A stretch of DNA of 64,000 bases from Flavobacteriaceae bacterium (GCA_024742935.1 JANSXN010000003.1:4757-68756); one strand, 5' to 3'. Positions 36,777-46,701 are shown, numbered from the stretch's first letter. Notes: generated from the letters alone by a model not told the origin. Made by a program: numbers and translations.

Positions 36777-38381
36777 TTAATCCTCGTTTTGGTTTTCTTC
36801 AGGATATTCCATTTCTAAGACCCTGTCTATCATTACATCATTTTGAATGAGGATTCTTTCATAGTAATCACCCCCAAATAGTTGCTGAGCGATGGTTGCC
36901 TTTAAATGTGTTTTCATAAGGGATTCATACCCGTGAAGCTGAAAATTGGTTTCTATGAGTCGTGAATAAAAGATAAATTCATCCAATAATTCATCGGCTA
37001 CTTCATAGTTTGTAAAAAATTCTTGGGGCGTAAAGCCTTCAAACAAGGCTCGGTTTTTATCAAGTTGCTCAAATACAAAATAGTTTAACAAACCCGATTG
37101 TGAGATGTAACTTATAATTTCTCCTTCTTCGCTCAGGTCTTTGGGTATAAAAACATCCGGTAAAATACCACCGCCTCCATAGACAACCTTCCCTTTTGGA
37201 GTTACATAACGCAAGCTATCATTCACTGAAATGCTGTCTGCGCTAATGAGTTCACCATTGTTATATCGTTCCTGATAGTCTTTAAAGTAGGTTTTGTCAC
37301 CATTCACATAAGGCCGTTGGATTGACCTTCCTGTAGGAGTATAGTAACGCGCCACTGTTAATCTTACAGCACTGCCATCGCCCAACGCCATTTCTCTTTG
37401 AACAAGACCTTTCCCGTAGGTTCTGCGACCAACAATAACTCCTTGATCATTATCTTGTAACGCTCCGGCTACAATTTCACTGGCTGAAGCCGAGTTTTCA
37501 TTGACCAGAACATAGACCTTTCCGTTTTCAAAAAGGCCTCTCCTCTTTGCAATTGTATTTTCAATGACTCCTGCTTTGTTTTTGGTTTTCAATAGTAGTG
37601 TTCCTTTTGGCAAAAACTCATCAAGCATGCGTTCAGCAGCAAAAACATAACCCCCGGGATTGTTTCTCAAATCTAATATAAGTGTTGAAATATCCTGATT
37701 AACCAAATCTCTAAGTGAGGCTCTAAATTCATCATCTGTTGTTTCTGCAAAGCGGTTTACCTTGATATATCCCAGCTCCTCATTGATTTTAAAACCGGCA
37801 TCGACACTTTTAATAGCTACTTCTTTTCGCGTAAGCTTAAACTTCATTTCTTTTTTTTCGCTACTGCGAAAAACAGTAAGAGCTACCTTTGAATTTAATT
37901 CTCCCCTTAAAGAAGATACAATGGAGTCCCTATTGCTGAATTCCCCAAAAAGGGGCATATCGTCTGCATACAATATGCGATCACCGGCTTTGATTCCTGC
38001 TTTTTCGGCGGGACCATCATCAATGGTTGAAATTACTGAAACTGTGTCATTATAAATGTAAAAGCTAACGCCAATACCTACAAATTTTCCCCGCATATCA
38101 TCAGCAACCGACTCATAGTCGCTCACAGGGATATACACCGAGTGTGGATCTAGATTTTTTAGAATACTGTTTACTGTCACATCAACAATACTGTCTGTAT
38201 TAATTCTGTCAACATATTCAAAATCAATGTAATCAATGAGCCTGTTTAATTTATCCTTTTTAGAATTTGTTGCAAAAATCTTTTCGGTGGTGTCTCCAAA
38301 ATTGAGTTTTGAACCAATAAAAATCCCTGCTGCAATTGCAACACCTATCAATAGGGGGATATATTTAGATGATTTTTGCAT
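36777..38381 (-). CDS. S41 C-terminal processing peptidase with PDZ domain
   Basis: LDPHS, GIGV PDZ loop, DLRNNPGG, SASASEI and YGKG. Confidence 0.93.
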   Translation of the reverse strand: MQKSSKYIPLLIGVAIAAGIFIGSKLNFGDTTEKIFATNSKKDKLNRLIDYIDFEYVDRINTDSIVDVTVNSILKNLDPHSVYIPVSDYESVADDMRGKFVGIGVSFYIYNDTVSVISTIDDGPAEKAGIKAGDRILYADDMPLFGEFSNRDSIVSSLRGELNSKVALTVFRSSEKKEMKFKLTRKEVAIKSVDAGFKINEELGYIKVNRFAETTDDEFRASLRDLVNQDISTLILDLRNNPGGYVFAAERMLDEFLPKGTLLLKTKNKAGVIENTIAKRRGLFENGKVYVLVNENSASASEIVAGALQDNDQGVIVGRRTYGKGLVQREMALGDGSAVRLTVARYYTPTGRSIQRPYVNGDKTYFKDYQERYNNGELISADSISVNDSLRYVTPKGKVVYGGGGILPDVFIPKDLSEEGEIISYISQSGLLNYFVFEQLDKNRALFEGFTPQEFFTNYEVADELLDEFIFYSRLIETNFQLHGYESLMKTHLKATIAQQLFGGDYYERILIQNDVMIDRVLEMEYPEENQNED

Positions 38382-38387
38382 TAAAAA

Positions 38388-38819
38388 TTAAGGTTCAACA
38401 GATTCTAAATGTTCCAGAGCGACTCCTGCTTTTTCCAAAAAACTTACGCCGGAATTATCTTTGTAGGCCTCCAGATAAACCAACCGAGTGATTCCCGCCT
38501 GATGAATCAACTTACTGCACTCTTTACAGGGAGACATTGTGATATAAAGTGTTGCGCCTTTGCAGGATTGGGTTGACGAAGCAACTTTCAAAATAGCATT
38601 TGCTTCTGCATGAAGTACATACCATTTTGTATATCCCTCATCGTCTTCACAATAGTTTTCAAACCCTGAGGGTGTGCCATTATAGCCGTCTGAAATAATC
38701 ATTTTGTCCTTTACAATGAGTGCTCCAACTTGCTTACGCTTGCAATGGGATAATTTTGCCCACTCCAGTGCCATGCGCATGTAGGCGATGTCATATTTAC
38801 GTTGTTTTTTATTTGGCAT
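38388..38819 (-). CDS. dCMP deaminase (ComEB family)
   Basis: GYNGTP, HAE and SPCKEC. Confidence 0.93.
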   Translation of the reverse strand: MPNKKQRKYDIAYMRMALEWAKLSHCKRKQVGALIVKDKMIISDGYNGTPSGFENYCEDDEGYTKWYVLHAEANAILKVASSTQSCKGATLYITMSPCKECSKLIHQAGITRLVYLEAYKDNSGVSFLEKAGVALEHLESVEP

Positions 38820-38904
38820 TTGGAATACTAACTAAGCTGCGAAGATAAAATTTTATCAACGGATTAAATATGAATGATTCGTTAAATATTGGGCAATGAA
38901 TGAT

Positions 38905-39486
38905 TTAAAATATCCAGTTTGAAATAAGTAGCGGAATTGCCAGACCCAAAATAACAGAAGAAATAACCAGCACCCAGTCTTTTTTATTAAACCGGAAAAT
39001 AGTTTGAACAACCGTACCTATAATCAAAACAATTAAAGCCACGATAATTTGCCCGGCTTCAACGCCCAAAGCCACTTCAAAAAGTGGCAGTATTTTACTC
39101 TTTTGACCAACAGCTTCTATAAATTGTGGAGCAAATCCAAGTCCTCTCAATAGTCCCAGAAAAATGGAAAGTCCAAACAAGAACCCCAGCTTTTCACGTC
39201 GTTTTTCTTTTCCGGCCGTAAAAATATTAAAGAGTGCTGTAAAAATAATGACAATTGCGATGAGAAATCCCACCATACCCAGACTCACTTTCACTACGCC
39301 ATAAGAAACCATCAAAACAGCAATTAAGTGCCCAAGGGTAAACAAGGTGACAAGCAGCAGCAAACGCTTCCAAGCATTGAATTGATAGGCAACTGTCAAT
39401 AATATGATAAATAAAATATGGGAATAATTATACCAGTTTATAACGTGGTCAAGACCCATTTTGAAGTAAAGCCAAAATTCAGCCAT
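38905..39486 (-). CDS. HupE/UreJ family membrane protein
   Basis: GLDHVI, FTLGH and LGVEAGQ; multiple TM helices. Confidence 0.8.
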   Translation of the reverse strand: MAEFWLYFKMGLDHVINWYNYSHILFIILLTVAYQFNAWKRLLLLVTLFTLGHLIAVLMVSYGVVKVSLGMVGFLIAIVIIFTALFNIFTAGKEKRREKLGFLFGLSIFLGLLRGLGFAPQFIEAVGQKSKILPLFEVALGVEAGQIIVALIVLIIGTVVQTIFRFNKKDWVLVISSVILGLAIPLLISNWIF

Positions 39487-39599
39487 TATTGGGGGATTTT
39501 TAGATAGTTATCAAAGTTAGTAAATGTTGATAGAAATGCGGGTAACAAGAGGTTATAATTTTAATAGAATTTTTAAAGAACACTATCAACTATAAACAA

Positions 39600-39628
39600 C
39601 AAAAAGCTCCAACAAATGTTGGAGCTTT
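39600..39628 (-). terminator. Terminator after tRNA-Leu
   Basis: AAAGCTCCAACA/TGTTGGAGCTTT 12-bp stem; T-run on the minus strand. Confidence 0.75.
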
Positions 39629-39629
39629 G

Positions 39630-39711
39630 TACCTTGGGTGGGAATCGAACCCACACGTCCGAGGACACAGGATTTTGAATCCAGCGCGTCTACCAATTCC
39701 GCCACCAAGGC
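39630..39711 (-). tRNA. tRNA-Leu (anticodon CAA)
   Basis: Minus strand GCCTTGGTGGCGGAATTGGTAGACGCGCTGGA-TTCAAAA-TCCTG, long variable arm, GTGGGTTCGATTCCCAC, CCAAGGT A; TAATTTTG promoter box at 39732-39739. Confidence 0.95.
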
Positions 39712-39864
39712 ATTTTCAAAGAATTGGACGACAAAATTATAAAAATATTTACATATACACCCTAAATAAGAAGTAATTATGCTTCCTTGATTGAAATTAT
39801 TTTCTAAATTTGCACCTCGTAAAAACAAGCAGACAGCAAAACCCTATTTTACAACCAGTTAACA

Positions 39865-40806
39865 ATGGCCATTCCAACTCCCGAACCAAAGATTTTTGCT
39901 TGCTCACAAAGCATCGTGCTCGCTGAAAAAATTGCTGACGCTTTTGGTATGCCTCTTGGAAATGTAATTACATCTCATTACAGCGACGGTGAGTTTCAAC
40001 CTTCTTTTGAAGAATCAGTGAGAGGAAGCCGGGTTTTTATTATAGGATCCACTTTCCCAAATAGTGACAATTTGATGGAAATGCTCCTGATGATTGATGC
40101 TGCAAAACGCGCCTCAGCAAGACACGTAACCGCTGTGATGCCCTACTTTGGGTGGGCAAGACAAGACAGAAAAGACAAACCCAGAGTGCCAATCGCCGCA
40201 AAATTGGTCGCCAAAATGCTGGAAACAGCAGGTGCCACACGCATAATCACCATGGACTTGCACGCAGACCAGATTCAAGGCTTTTTTGAAAAACCGGTCG
40301 ATCACCTTTTTGCGTCTACCATTTTTTTGCCTTACCTGAGAAGTTTAAACCTTGAAAATTTAACCATTGCATCACCTGATATGGGAGGTTCAAAAAGAGC
40401 CTATGCCTATTCTAAGTTTTTGGAAAGTGATGTAGTCATTTGTTATAAGCAACGCGAAAAAGCAAATGTGATATCACACATGGAACTCATTGGAGACGTT
40501 ACCGGAAAAAATGTTGTGCTGGTTGATGATATGGTAGATACCGCCGGCACACTCACAAAAGCAGCAGACGTAATGATGGAGCGAGGTGCATTAAGCGTTA
40601 GAGCCATTTGTACTCATGCCATACTTTCCGGAAATGCTTATGAGAAAATAGAAAAATCAAAGCTTGTAGAATTGATTGTAACAGATTCGATTCCGCTAAA
40701 GCAAGAAAGTAATAAAATTAGAGTGCTTACGTGCTCAAAACTGGTGGCAGATGTAATGATTCGTGTGAATACAAACAGTTCCATCAGTTCAAAATTTTTA
40801 ATGTAA
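39865..40806 (+). CDS. prs: Ribose-phosphate pyrophosphokinase
   Basis: YSDGE, PYFGWARQDRK, DLHADQ and VDDMVDTAGT; TAAATTTG promoter box at 39805-39812. Confidence 0.97.
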   Translation: MAIPTPEPKIFACSQSIVLAEKIADAFGMPLGNVITSHYSDGEFQPSFEESVRGSRVFIIGSTFPNSDNLMEMLLMIDAAKRASARHVTAVMPYFGWARQDRKDKPRVPIAAKLVAKMLETAGATRIITMDLHADQIQGFFEKPVDHLFASTIFLPYLRSLNLENLTIASPDMGGSKRAYAYSKFLESDVVICYKQREKANVISHMELIGDVTGKNVVLVDDMVDTAGTLTKAADVMMERGALSVRAICTHAILSGNAYEKIEKSKLVELIVTDSIPLKQESNKIRVLTCSKLVADVMIRVNTNSSISSKFLM

Positions 40807-40812
40807 TAAAAG

Positions 40813-40866
40813 GCGCCCAAAACAATTTAAACATAAAGGAAAGATGATAACAAGGGCGCATCATCT
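40813..40866 (+). promoter_or_regulatory. Possible pseudoknotted RNA leader of rplY
   Basis: GCGCCC 40813-18 pairs with GGGCGC 40854-59; AGATGAT 40842-48 pairs with ATCATCT 40860-66. Confidence 0.35.
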
Positions 40867-40889
40867 AACCTATATAACAAACAAAAATA

Positions 40890-41549
40890 ATGAAATCAAT
40901 TACAATCAAAGGATCTCAAAGAGAAAGCGTGGGCAAGGTAGCAACCAAAGCCCTACGTAATGCTGGAAAGGTACCCTGCGTAGTTTACGGAGGAGACAAG
41001 CCAATTCACTTTTCAGCTGAAACATTAGCATTTAAAGACTTGGTTTACACTCCAGATGTACACACAGTAGTAATTGCTTTAGAAGATGGCTCAAAAATCA
41101 ATGCCATTTTACAAGATATTCAATTTCACCCGGTAACAGACAACATCATTCATGTGGACTTCTACCAGATTTTTGACGACAAGGAAATCACCCTTGAAAT
41201 TCCTGTAAGAATTGTAGGTAATTCTCGTGGAGTTAGAAATGGTGGTGTTTTACGCGTTCCTAGACGTAAACTGAAAGTAAAAGCAATCCCTGCTGATTTA
41301 CCTGACTTTATAGAGGCAGATATCACTGAACTTAGAATCGGAAGCAAATTATATGTCACTGAGCTTTCAAGTGAAGGTTACAAAATCATGCACCCAGACA
41401 ACACAGTAGTCGCTCAAGTGAGAACTTCACGTGTGGCTGTTGATGATGTTGAAGAGGAAGAAGAAGGTGAAGAAGGAGCTGAAGGAGCTGAAGGTGAAAC
41501 TGCTGCTGCTGAAGGTGGAAACACTGAGGAAACTCCCGCATCAGAATAA
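40890..41549 (+). CDS. rplY: 50S ribosomal protein L25/Ctc with an acidic tail
   Basis: [19 protein letters not shown] and C-terminal beta-domain; E/A/G-rich tail. Confidence 0.96.
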   Translation: MKSITIKGSQRESVGKVATKALRNAGKVPCVVYGGDKPIHFSAETLAFKDLVYTPDVHTVVIALEDGSKINAILQDIQFHPVTDNIIHVDFYQIFDDKEITLEIPVRIVGNSRGVRNGGVLRVPRRKLKVKAIPADLPDFIEADITELRIGSKLYVTELSSEGYKIMHPDNTVVAQVRTSRVAVDDVEEEEEGEEGAEGAEGETAAAEGGNTEETPASE

Positions 41550-41576
41550 ATTTTCAATGCATTTTGAATTTATAAG

Positions 41577-41603
41577 AAACCCCCACAAGTTGGGGGTTTT
41601 TTT
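41577..41603 (+). terminator. Terminator after rplY
   Basis: AAACCCCCA/TGGGGGTTT stem followed by a T-run. Confidence 0.8.
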
Positions 41604-41624
41604 ATATTTTTACAAAAAAAACAA

Positions 41625-42257
41625 ATGCTACCATTTTTTGGACGACTCTTATCAAAAAAGAAAAGCAACACCCTTGAAGAAAGTGACCCCATGAAGAAGT
41701 TTCTAATTGTTGGCCTGGGAAATATAGGTCCAAAATATGAAAATACCCGCCACAACATCGGTTTTAAAATTCTTGACCGCTTTGCTTACAATGAAAATCT
41801 CGCTTTTGAACCCGCAAAACTAGGTGACATAACAACTCATAAAATCAAAGGCCGAAGTTTACTACTACTCAAGCCCAGCACCTATATGAACCTGAGCGGA
41901 AAAGCAATCCTCTACTGGCTTCAAAAAGAAAAAATTCCTGTGGAAAACTTATTGGTCATAACAGATGATCTCAACCTTCCCTTTGGAACCATCAGAGTGA
42001 AAACCAAAGGAAGCGACGGTGGACACAATGGACTAAAAGACACGCAACTGCAACTGGGAACAACCGCTTACAATCGCTTTCGGTTTGGAATTGATAATGA
42101 ATTTGGCAGAAGAAGTCAAGTTGATTTTGTACTGGGTGAATGGGAGCCCGAAGAGGAAGCCAAGCTTCCTGAACGCCTTGACAAATCTGTAGAACTCATA
42201 AAATCATTTGCGCTTGCCGGAATCACAAACACAATGAATACCTTTAACGGAAAATAA
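41625..42257 (+). CDS. pth: Peptidyl-tRNA hydrolase
   Basis: GLGNIG, TRHNIG, TYMNLSG and GGHNGL; alternative start at 41691. Confidence 0.96.
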   Translation: MLPFFGRLLSKKKSNTLEESDPMKKFLIVGLGNIGPKYENTRHNIGFKILDRFAYNENLAFEPAKLGDITTHKIKGRSLLLLKPSTYMNLSGKAILYWLQKEKIPVENLLVITDDLNLPFGTIRVKTKGSDGGHNGLKDTQLQLGTTAYNRFRFGIDNEFGRRSQVDFVLGEWEPEEEAKLPERLDKSVELIKSFALAGITNTMNTFNGK

Positions 42258-42261
42258 TTCA

Positions 42262-43197
42262 GTGAAAGTCCACCATTCCATAACAGATTATAAAAACAAC
42301 TCCCAATCTGTCATCACCATTGGCACTTTTGATGGTGTTCACATAGGCCATCGAGAAATCCTGAAAAAACTCACTTCAGAAGCTGAAAAACTCAATCTGG
42401 AATCGGTAATACTTACTTTTTTTCCCCATCCGCGTATGGTTCTACAAAAAGAAAGCAACATCAAACTCATCAACACCATAGATGAACGTGTTTCCATTTT
42501 TTCAAAAACAGAGCTCGATCACCTCATTATTCATCCGTTTACAAAAGAATTTGCAAACCTTTCGGCGGAAGCCTTTGTGAAAAATATTCTGGTTGAAAGT
42601 TTAAATGTTAAAAAAATAATCATTGGTTATGACCACCGTTTTGGAAAAAACCGAAGTGCCAACATTGACGATCTGAAAAAATTTGGCAAATTATACCATT
42701 TTGAAGTTCAGGAAATATCAGCGCAAGAGCTAGATGATGTTGCTGTGAGTTCAACCAAAATTAGAAAAGCATTGGACCGTGGTGACGTAGAAACTGCAAA
42801 TAATTACCTGAGTTACCCCTTTATGCTCAACGGTACTATTGTAAAGGGAAAAGGAATTGGTAAAACCATCAACTTCCCCACCGCAAACCTGCACATTGAA
42901 GAATCCTACAAACTCATACCAAAAAATGGGGTCTATGTTGTGAAAGCTGTTATAGAAAACGAGGAAGTTTTTGGAATCATGAGCATAGGCACCAACCCCA
43001 CCGTTGGTGGGAAAAACAGAACTATTGAAACCTATTTCCTGGATTTTGAAAAAGACCTCTATGGTAAAAAAATTACTGTTGAAATGCTTTCAAAAATCAG
43101 AGAAGAAGCTACTTTTGACTCTTTGGAGTCCTTGCAATTTGCTATTAAAAATGACGAGGCTTTCGCCCGAAAATACATAGCCGGCTATGATGAATAA
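42262..43197 (+). CDS. ribF: Bifunctional riboflavin kinase / FAD synthetase
   Basis: GTFDGVHIGH, GYDHRFG, SSTKIR and FPTAN. Confidence 0.96.
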   Translation: MKVHHSITDYKNNSQSVITIGTFDGVHIGHREILKKLTSEAEKLNLESVILTFFPHPRMVLQKESNIKLINTIDERVSIFSKTELDHLIIHPFTKEFANLSAEAFVKNILVESLNVKKIIIGYDHRFGKNRSANIDDLKKFGKLYHFEVQEISAQELDDVAVSSTKIRKALDRGDVETANNYLSYPFMLNGTIVKGKGIGKTINFPTANLHIEESYKLIPKNGVYVVKAVIENEEVFGIMSIGTNPTVGGKNRTIETYFLDFEKDLYGKKITVEMLSKIREEATFDSLESLQFAIKNDEAFARKYIAGYDE

Positions 43198-44506
43198 AAT
43201 TCTTTTTAAACACATCGACAATAGCGGACTTATCATTTTTAGGGTCGTTTTTGGTTTATTGATTACTCTGGAAGCCTTTGGCGCTATCGCGACAGGATGG
43301 GTGAGACAAGTACTTGTTGAACCTGCATTCACTTTTTCGTTTATTGGTCTTGAGTGGTTGCAACCGCTTCCCGGGAATGGAATGTACTTTTATTTTGCCG
43401 TGATGGGAATTTTTGGATTGATGGTGATGCTGGGTTTTAAATACCGGCTTGCCATAATTGCATACTTAGTGATGTGGGCCGGCGTCTATTTTATGCAAAA
43501 ATCGGCTTACAACAACCATTATTACTTGATGCTTTTGTTACTGGGTTTTATGAGTGTGCTTCCGGCAAACAGGTGGTTTTCGCTTGACGCGAAATACAAT
43601 CCGGAAATCAAAAATCCCTCCATGCCCCAATGGTGTGCGTTAGTGATTATTCTTCAGGTTTGGATTGTTTATACCTATGCCTCTATTGCAAAACTGTATC
43701 CTGACTGGCTTGATGCCTCAATGGCGCAAATACTCATGAGTGGAAAGGCCAACTACTGGTTAATAGGGGATGTTTTACAACAACCCTGGGTGCATTGGTC
43801 AATCGCTTACACCGGCATTTTATTTGATTTGCTTATTGTTCCTCTTTTGCTATGGAAACGCACACGAATGCTGGGGTTTGTCATTTCTATATTTTTCCAT
43901 TTGTTCAATTCCATCGTTTTTCAAATTGGTATTTTTCCCTATATGTCCATTGCTTTTGCCTTGTTTTTCTTTACTCCGAAAACTGTGCAAAGACGTTTTT
44001 TGCCCAAAAAGGAATTCTATGACAAAGCAGAAATTATCGTTCCTGCATATAAAAAAACACTCATTACGCTTTTTTCAATTTATTTTATCATTCAGGTTGG
44101 GTTACCCCTGCGACACTGGGCTATACAAGACAATGTACTCTGGACTGAAGAAGGACACCGCCTCAGTTGGCGCATGATGTTGCGCACTAAATCTGGTTCA
44201 GTCAAAGTAACCGTCAAAGATAAAAACACCCAGGAGGAGTTTCGTGTAAACATCTATGACGAACTCTCAACCAAACAACGAAGAGGCCTAGCCACAAAGC
44301 CTGACTATATGTGGCAATATGCACAGCGATTAAAAAAACGCTATGCAGAAGAAGGCAAGGATGTTGCTGTTTATTTTGATGCCCGGGTGAGTGTAAACAA
44401 AAGACCTATGGCTCCATTGATAAATCCCGAAGTGGATCTCGCGGCAGAAAAATGGAATCATTTCAAACACCACGACTGGATTCTACCGGCGCCGGAGGGG
44501 TTGTGA
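43187..44506 (+). CDS. HTTM-domain protein, vitamin-K-dependent gamma-carboxylase homologue
   Basis: NNHYYL, YASIAKLYPDW and WTEEGHRLSWRMML; 11-bp overlap with ribF. Confidence 0.85.
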   Translation: MMNKILFKHIDNSGLIIFRVVFGLLITLEAFGAIATGWVRQVLVEPAFTFSFIGLEWLQPLPGNGMYFYFAVMGIFGLMVMLGFKYRLAIIAYLVMWAGVYFMQKSAYNNHYYLMLLLLGFMSVLPANRWFSLDAKYNPEIKNPSMPQWCALVIILQVWIVYTYASIAKLYPDWLDASMAQILMSGKANYWLIGDVLQQPWVHWSIAYTGILFDLLIVPLLLWKRTRMLGFVISIFFHLFNSIVFQIGIFPYMSIAFALFFFTPKTVQRRFLPKKEFYDKAEIIVPAYKKTLITLFSIYFIIQVGLPLRHWAIQDNVLWTEEGHRLSWRMMLRTKSGSVKVTVKDKNTQEEFRVNIYDELSTKQRRGLATKPDYMWQYAQRLKKRYAEEGKDVAVYFDARVSVNKRPMAPLINPEVDLAAEKWNHFKHHDWILPAPEGL

Positions 44507-44582
44507 TAAAACTTTCTTTTGTTCTAAAAAATAAGCTGCCTTTTAGGCTATTTCACTAAATTTGCCCTTTCAAACCAACACT

Positions 44583-45854
44583 ATGTTACAAGTTACAGAC
44601 ATTCGCGACCACAAAGAGGCTTACATTGCCGCTTTGCAAAAAAGAAATTTTAATGCTACCCCTCTTTTTGAGGAGGTATTGCAGGCAGATGAAACCCGAA
44701 GAAGTACCCAGGCAAAACTCGATAACATCCTGGCCGAGTCCAATAAAATTTCGAAGGAAATAGGGATTCTTTTTAAAAGCGGAAATACCCAAAAAGCGAA
44801 TGAATTGAAAGATCAAACAGCCCAATTCAAAGAAGATTCCAAAGTACTTCAGGATGAATTGAACAAGGCGGTTGAAATCTTGCAACAATTGCTTTACAAT
44901 ATCCCAAACATCCCAAATTCACTGGTTCCTGCAGGAAGCAGTGAGGATGATAACGAAGAAGTTTATCGCGCAGGCGACATCCCAAAACTGGCAGACGGCG
45001 CACTCCCCCACTGGGAACTCGCCAAAAAATATGACATCATCGATTTTGAACTGGGCAATAAAATCACGGGAGCCGGTTTTCCGGTTTATAAAGGAAAAGG
45101 TGCCAGATTGCAACGCGCTTTAATTGCTTACTTTCTCGATAAAAACACCGCTGCTGGATATACTGAATATCAAGTGCCACATTTAGTAAATGAAGCCTCC
45201 GGTTTTGGAACAGGGCAATTGCCGGACAAGGAAGGACAAATGTACCATGTCACTGAAGACAACCTCTACCTGATTCCCACTGCCGAAGTGCCGGTGACAA
45301 ACATGTTTCGGGACGAAATCCTTCAGGCAAAAGACCTGCCGGTTTTGTGTACAGGCTACACACCTTGTTTCAGGAGAGAAGCAGGAAGTTATGGTGCCCA
45401 CGTGCGTGGTTTGAATCGTTTGCACCAATTTGATAAAGTGGAAATCGTGCGAATTGAGCATCCCTCAAACTCATACAAAGCCCTTGACGGAATGGTGGAA
45501 CACGTGAAAGAAATCCTTAACGAACTCCAACTTCCTTACCGCATCTTAAGACTTTGTGGTGGTGATTTGGGCTTTACCTCAGCCCTTACCTATGATTTTG
45601 AAGTATTTTCAACCGCACAAGACCGCTGGCTGGAAATTTCTTCAGTATCCAATTTTGAAACCTTTCAGGCCAACCGATTGAAACTGCGCTTCAAAGATGA
45701 AAACGGAAAAAACCAACTGGCACACACCTTGAACGGAAGTGCCTTGGCACTACCCAGAGTACTTGCCGGAATTCTGGAAAACTACCAAACCCCTAATGGC
45801 ATTAAAATTCCTGAGGTGTTGGTGCCTTATACAGGTTTTACAGTTATTGATTAA
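44583..45854 (+). CDS. serS: Serine--tRNA ligase
   Basis: LIPTAEVP, FRREAGS, HQFDKVE and HTLNGSALA; TAAATTTG promoter box at 44557-44564. Confidence 0.98.
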   Translation: MLQVTDIRDHKEAYIAALQKRNFNATPLFEEVLQADETRRSTQAKLDNILAESNKISKEIGILFKSGNTQKANELKDQTAQFKEDSKVLQDELNKAVEILQQLLYNIPNIPNSLVPAGSSEDDNEEVYRAGDIPKLADGALPHWELAKKYDIIDFELGNKITGAGFPVYKGKGARLQRALIAYFLDKNTAAGYTEYQVPHLVNEASGFGTGQLPDKEGQMYHVTEDNLYLIPTAEVPVTNMFRDEILQAKDLPVLCTGYTPCFRREAGSYGAHVRGLNRLHQFDKVEIVRIEHPSNSYKALDGMVEHVKEILNELQLPYRILRLCGGDLGFTSALTYDFEVFSTAQDRWLEISSVSNFETFQANRLKLRFKDENGKNQLAHTLNGSALALPRVLAGILENYQTPNGIKIPEVLVPYTGFTVID

Positions 45855-45860
45855 ACCGTT

Positions 45861-45893
45861 AACCCTTTCAGGGTTTCAAACCTTGAAAGGGTT
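45861..45893. repeat. REP-like long palindrome / bidirectional terminator
   Basis: AACCCTTTCAGGGTTT-C-AAACCTTGAAAGGGTT: 16-nt arms with one G-T pair. Confidence 0.6.
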
Positions 45894-45900
45894 GGGATAA

Positions 45901-46701
45901 TTATTTCTTTATAAATTTTCTCGTGGTTAAATTCCCATTTTCACTTTCAAAAACCACAAAATACAGACCTTCATTAAGCTTACTTACATCTATTAGTGAT
46001 TGCCCTGCTTTGACTAGGAGGCTTTGCTGGAGTTTTCCAGTTATGTCATATAGCGTAGCAACTACATCTTGATTGAAGATATTATTGATGAATACGTTTT
46101 CTTTAGCTGGGTTGGGGTACAAGGTAAAACTGTTATGATGAAAAGATGGTGTTGAAAGAAAAGCTGTTCGATATATCAACCAGTCACCATTTGCATTAAT
46201 TATTTTTAAATCATCCACAGGAAATTGAGTTTCTATCCATTCATAAGTAAAAGGATTTTTGGGTGTGCTATTGGTATCAAAGGGCAAATTAAAATAAAAA
46301 CTTTGATAAAGCTCCACAGCTTCAATTTCATCTGGGTCTGTATAGTTACAGGAAACATAGTCGAAGATAGTACTTAAATTAAAACTCGTCTCAGTAACAT
46401 CAATATAATTGACTTTAAAAGATTCAAAACAACTTACACCATAATAGTGTTGAAAAAAATCATCATTATGAGGAGAATAAAAAATTGGTGTGCCAGAATT
46501 TTCAAGAGAAATTGAAACACCATTCACACTTGACTCTTCCAACCACCATTCAGAGTTTAGCAAAAAATCACTGGTTTGAGCTTTGACACTCTGCCCAAAA
46601 CCTTGAAAAGTATCTGGAGCAAGAGATCCAATGGAGGGTAACAAAAAGAGTAGAGTTACAAACTTTAAAAGTTTTATTTTTAAATTGATTATCGTTTTCA
46701 T
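45901..46701 (-). CDS. T9SS type-A sorting domain protein with an uncharacterised N-terminal domain
   Basis: Signal peptide and C-terminal LYPNPAK...LYDITGK...GLYFV...KFIKK CTD. Confidence 0.85.
   Translation of the reverse strand: MKTIINLKIKLLKFVTLLFLLPSIGSLAPDTFQGFGQSVKAQTSDFLLNSEWWLEESSVNGVSISLENSGTPIFYSPHNDDFFQHYYGVSCFESFKVNYIDVTETSFNLSTIFDYVSCNYTDPDEIEAVELYQSFYFNLPFDTNSTPKNPFTYEWIETQFPVDDLKIINANGDWLIYRTAFLSTPSFHHNSFTLYPNPAKENVFINNIFNQDVVATLYDITGKLQQSLLVKAGQSLIDVSKLNEGLYFVVFESENGNLTTRKFIKK

Noticed and set aside
39630-39711. Pseudo-tRNA call because of a U-U pair in the Leu anticodon stem (and U6-U67 in tRNA-Ala)
   Set aside because: Single mismatches only; D and T loops, identity elements, promoter and terminator are intact.
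39586-39828. 80-aa minus-strand ORF
   Set aside because: It runs through tRNA-Leu(CAA) and its terminator; spurious.
41450-41549. GAAGGAGCT-type repeats at the end of rplY
   Set aside because: They encode the acidic low-complexity tail common to Ctc-type L25 proteins.
46598-46608. AAACCTTGAAA in the T9SS gene's signal-peptide region matches one arm of the 45861 palindrome
   Set aside because: An 11-nt A/T-rich match is plausible by chance, and no partner arm was found.
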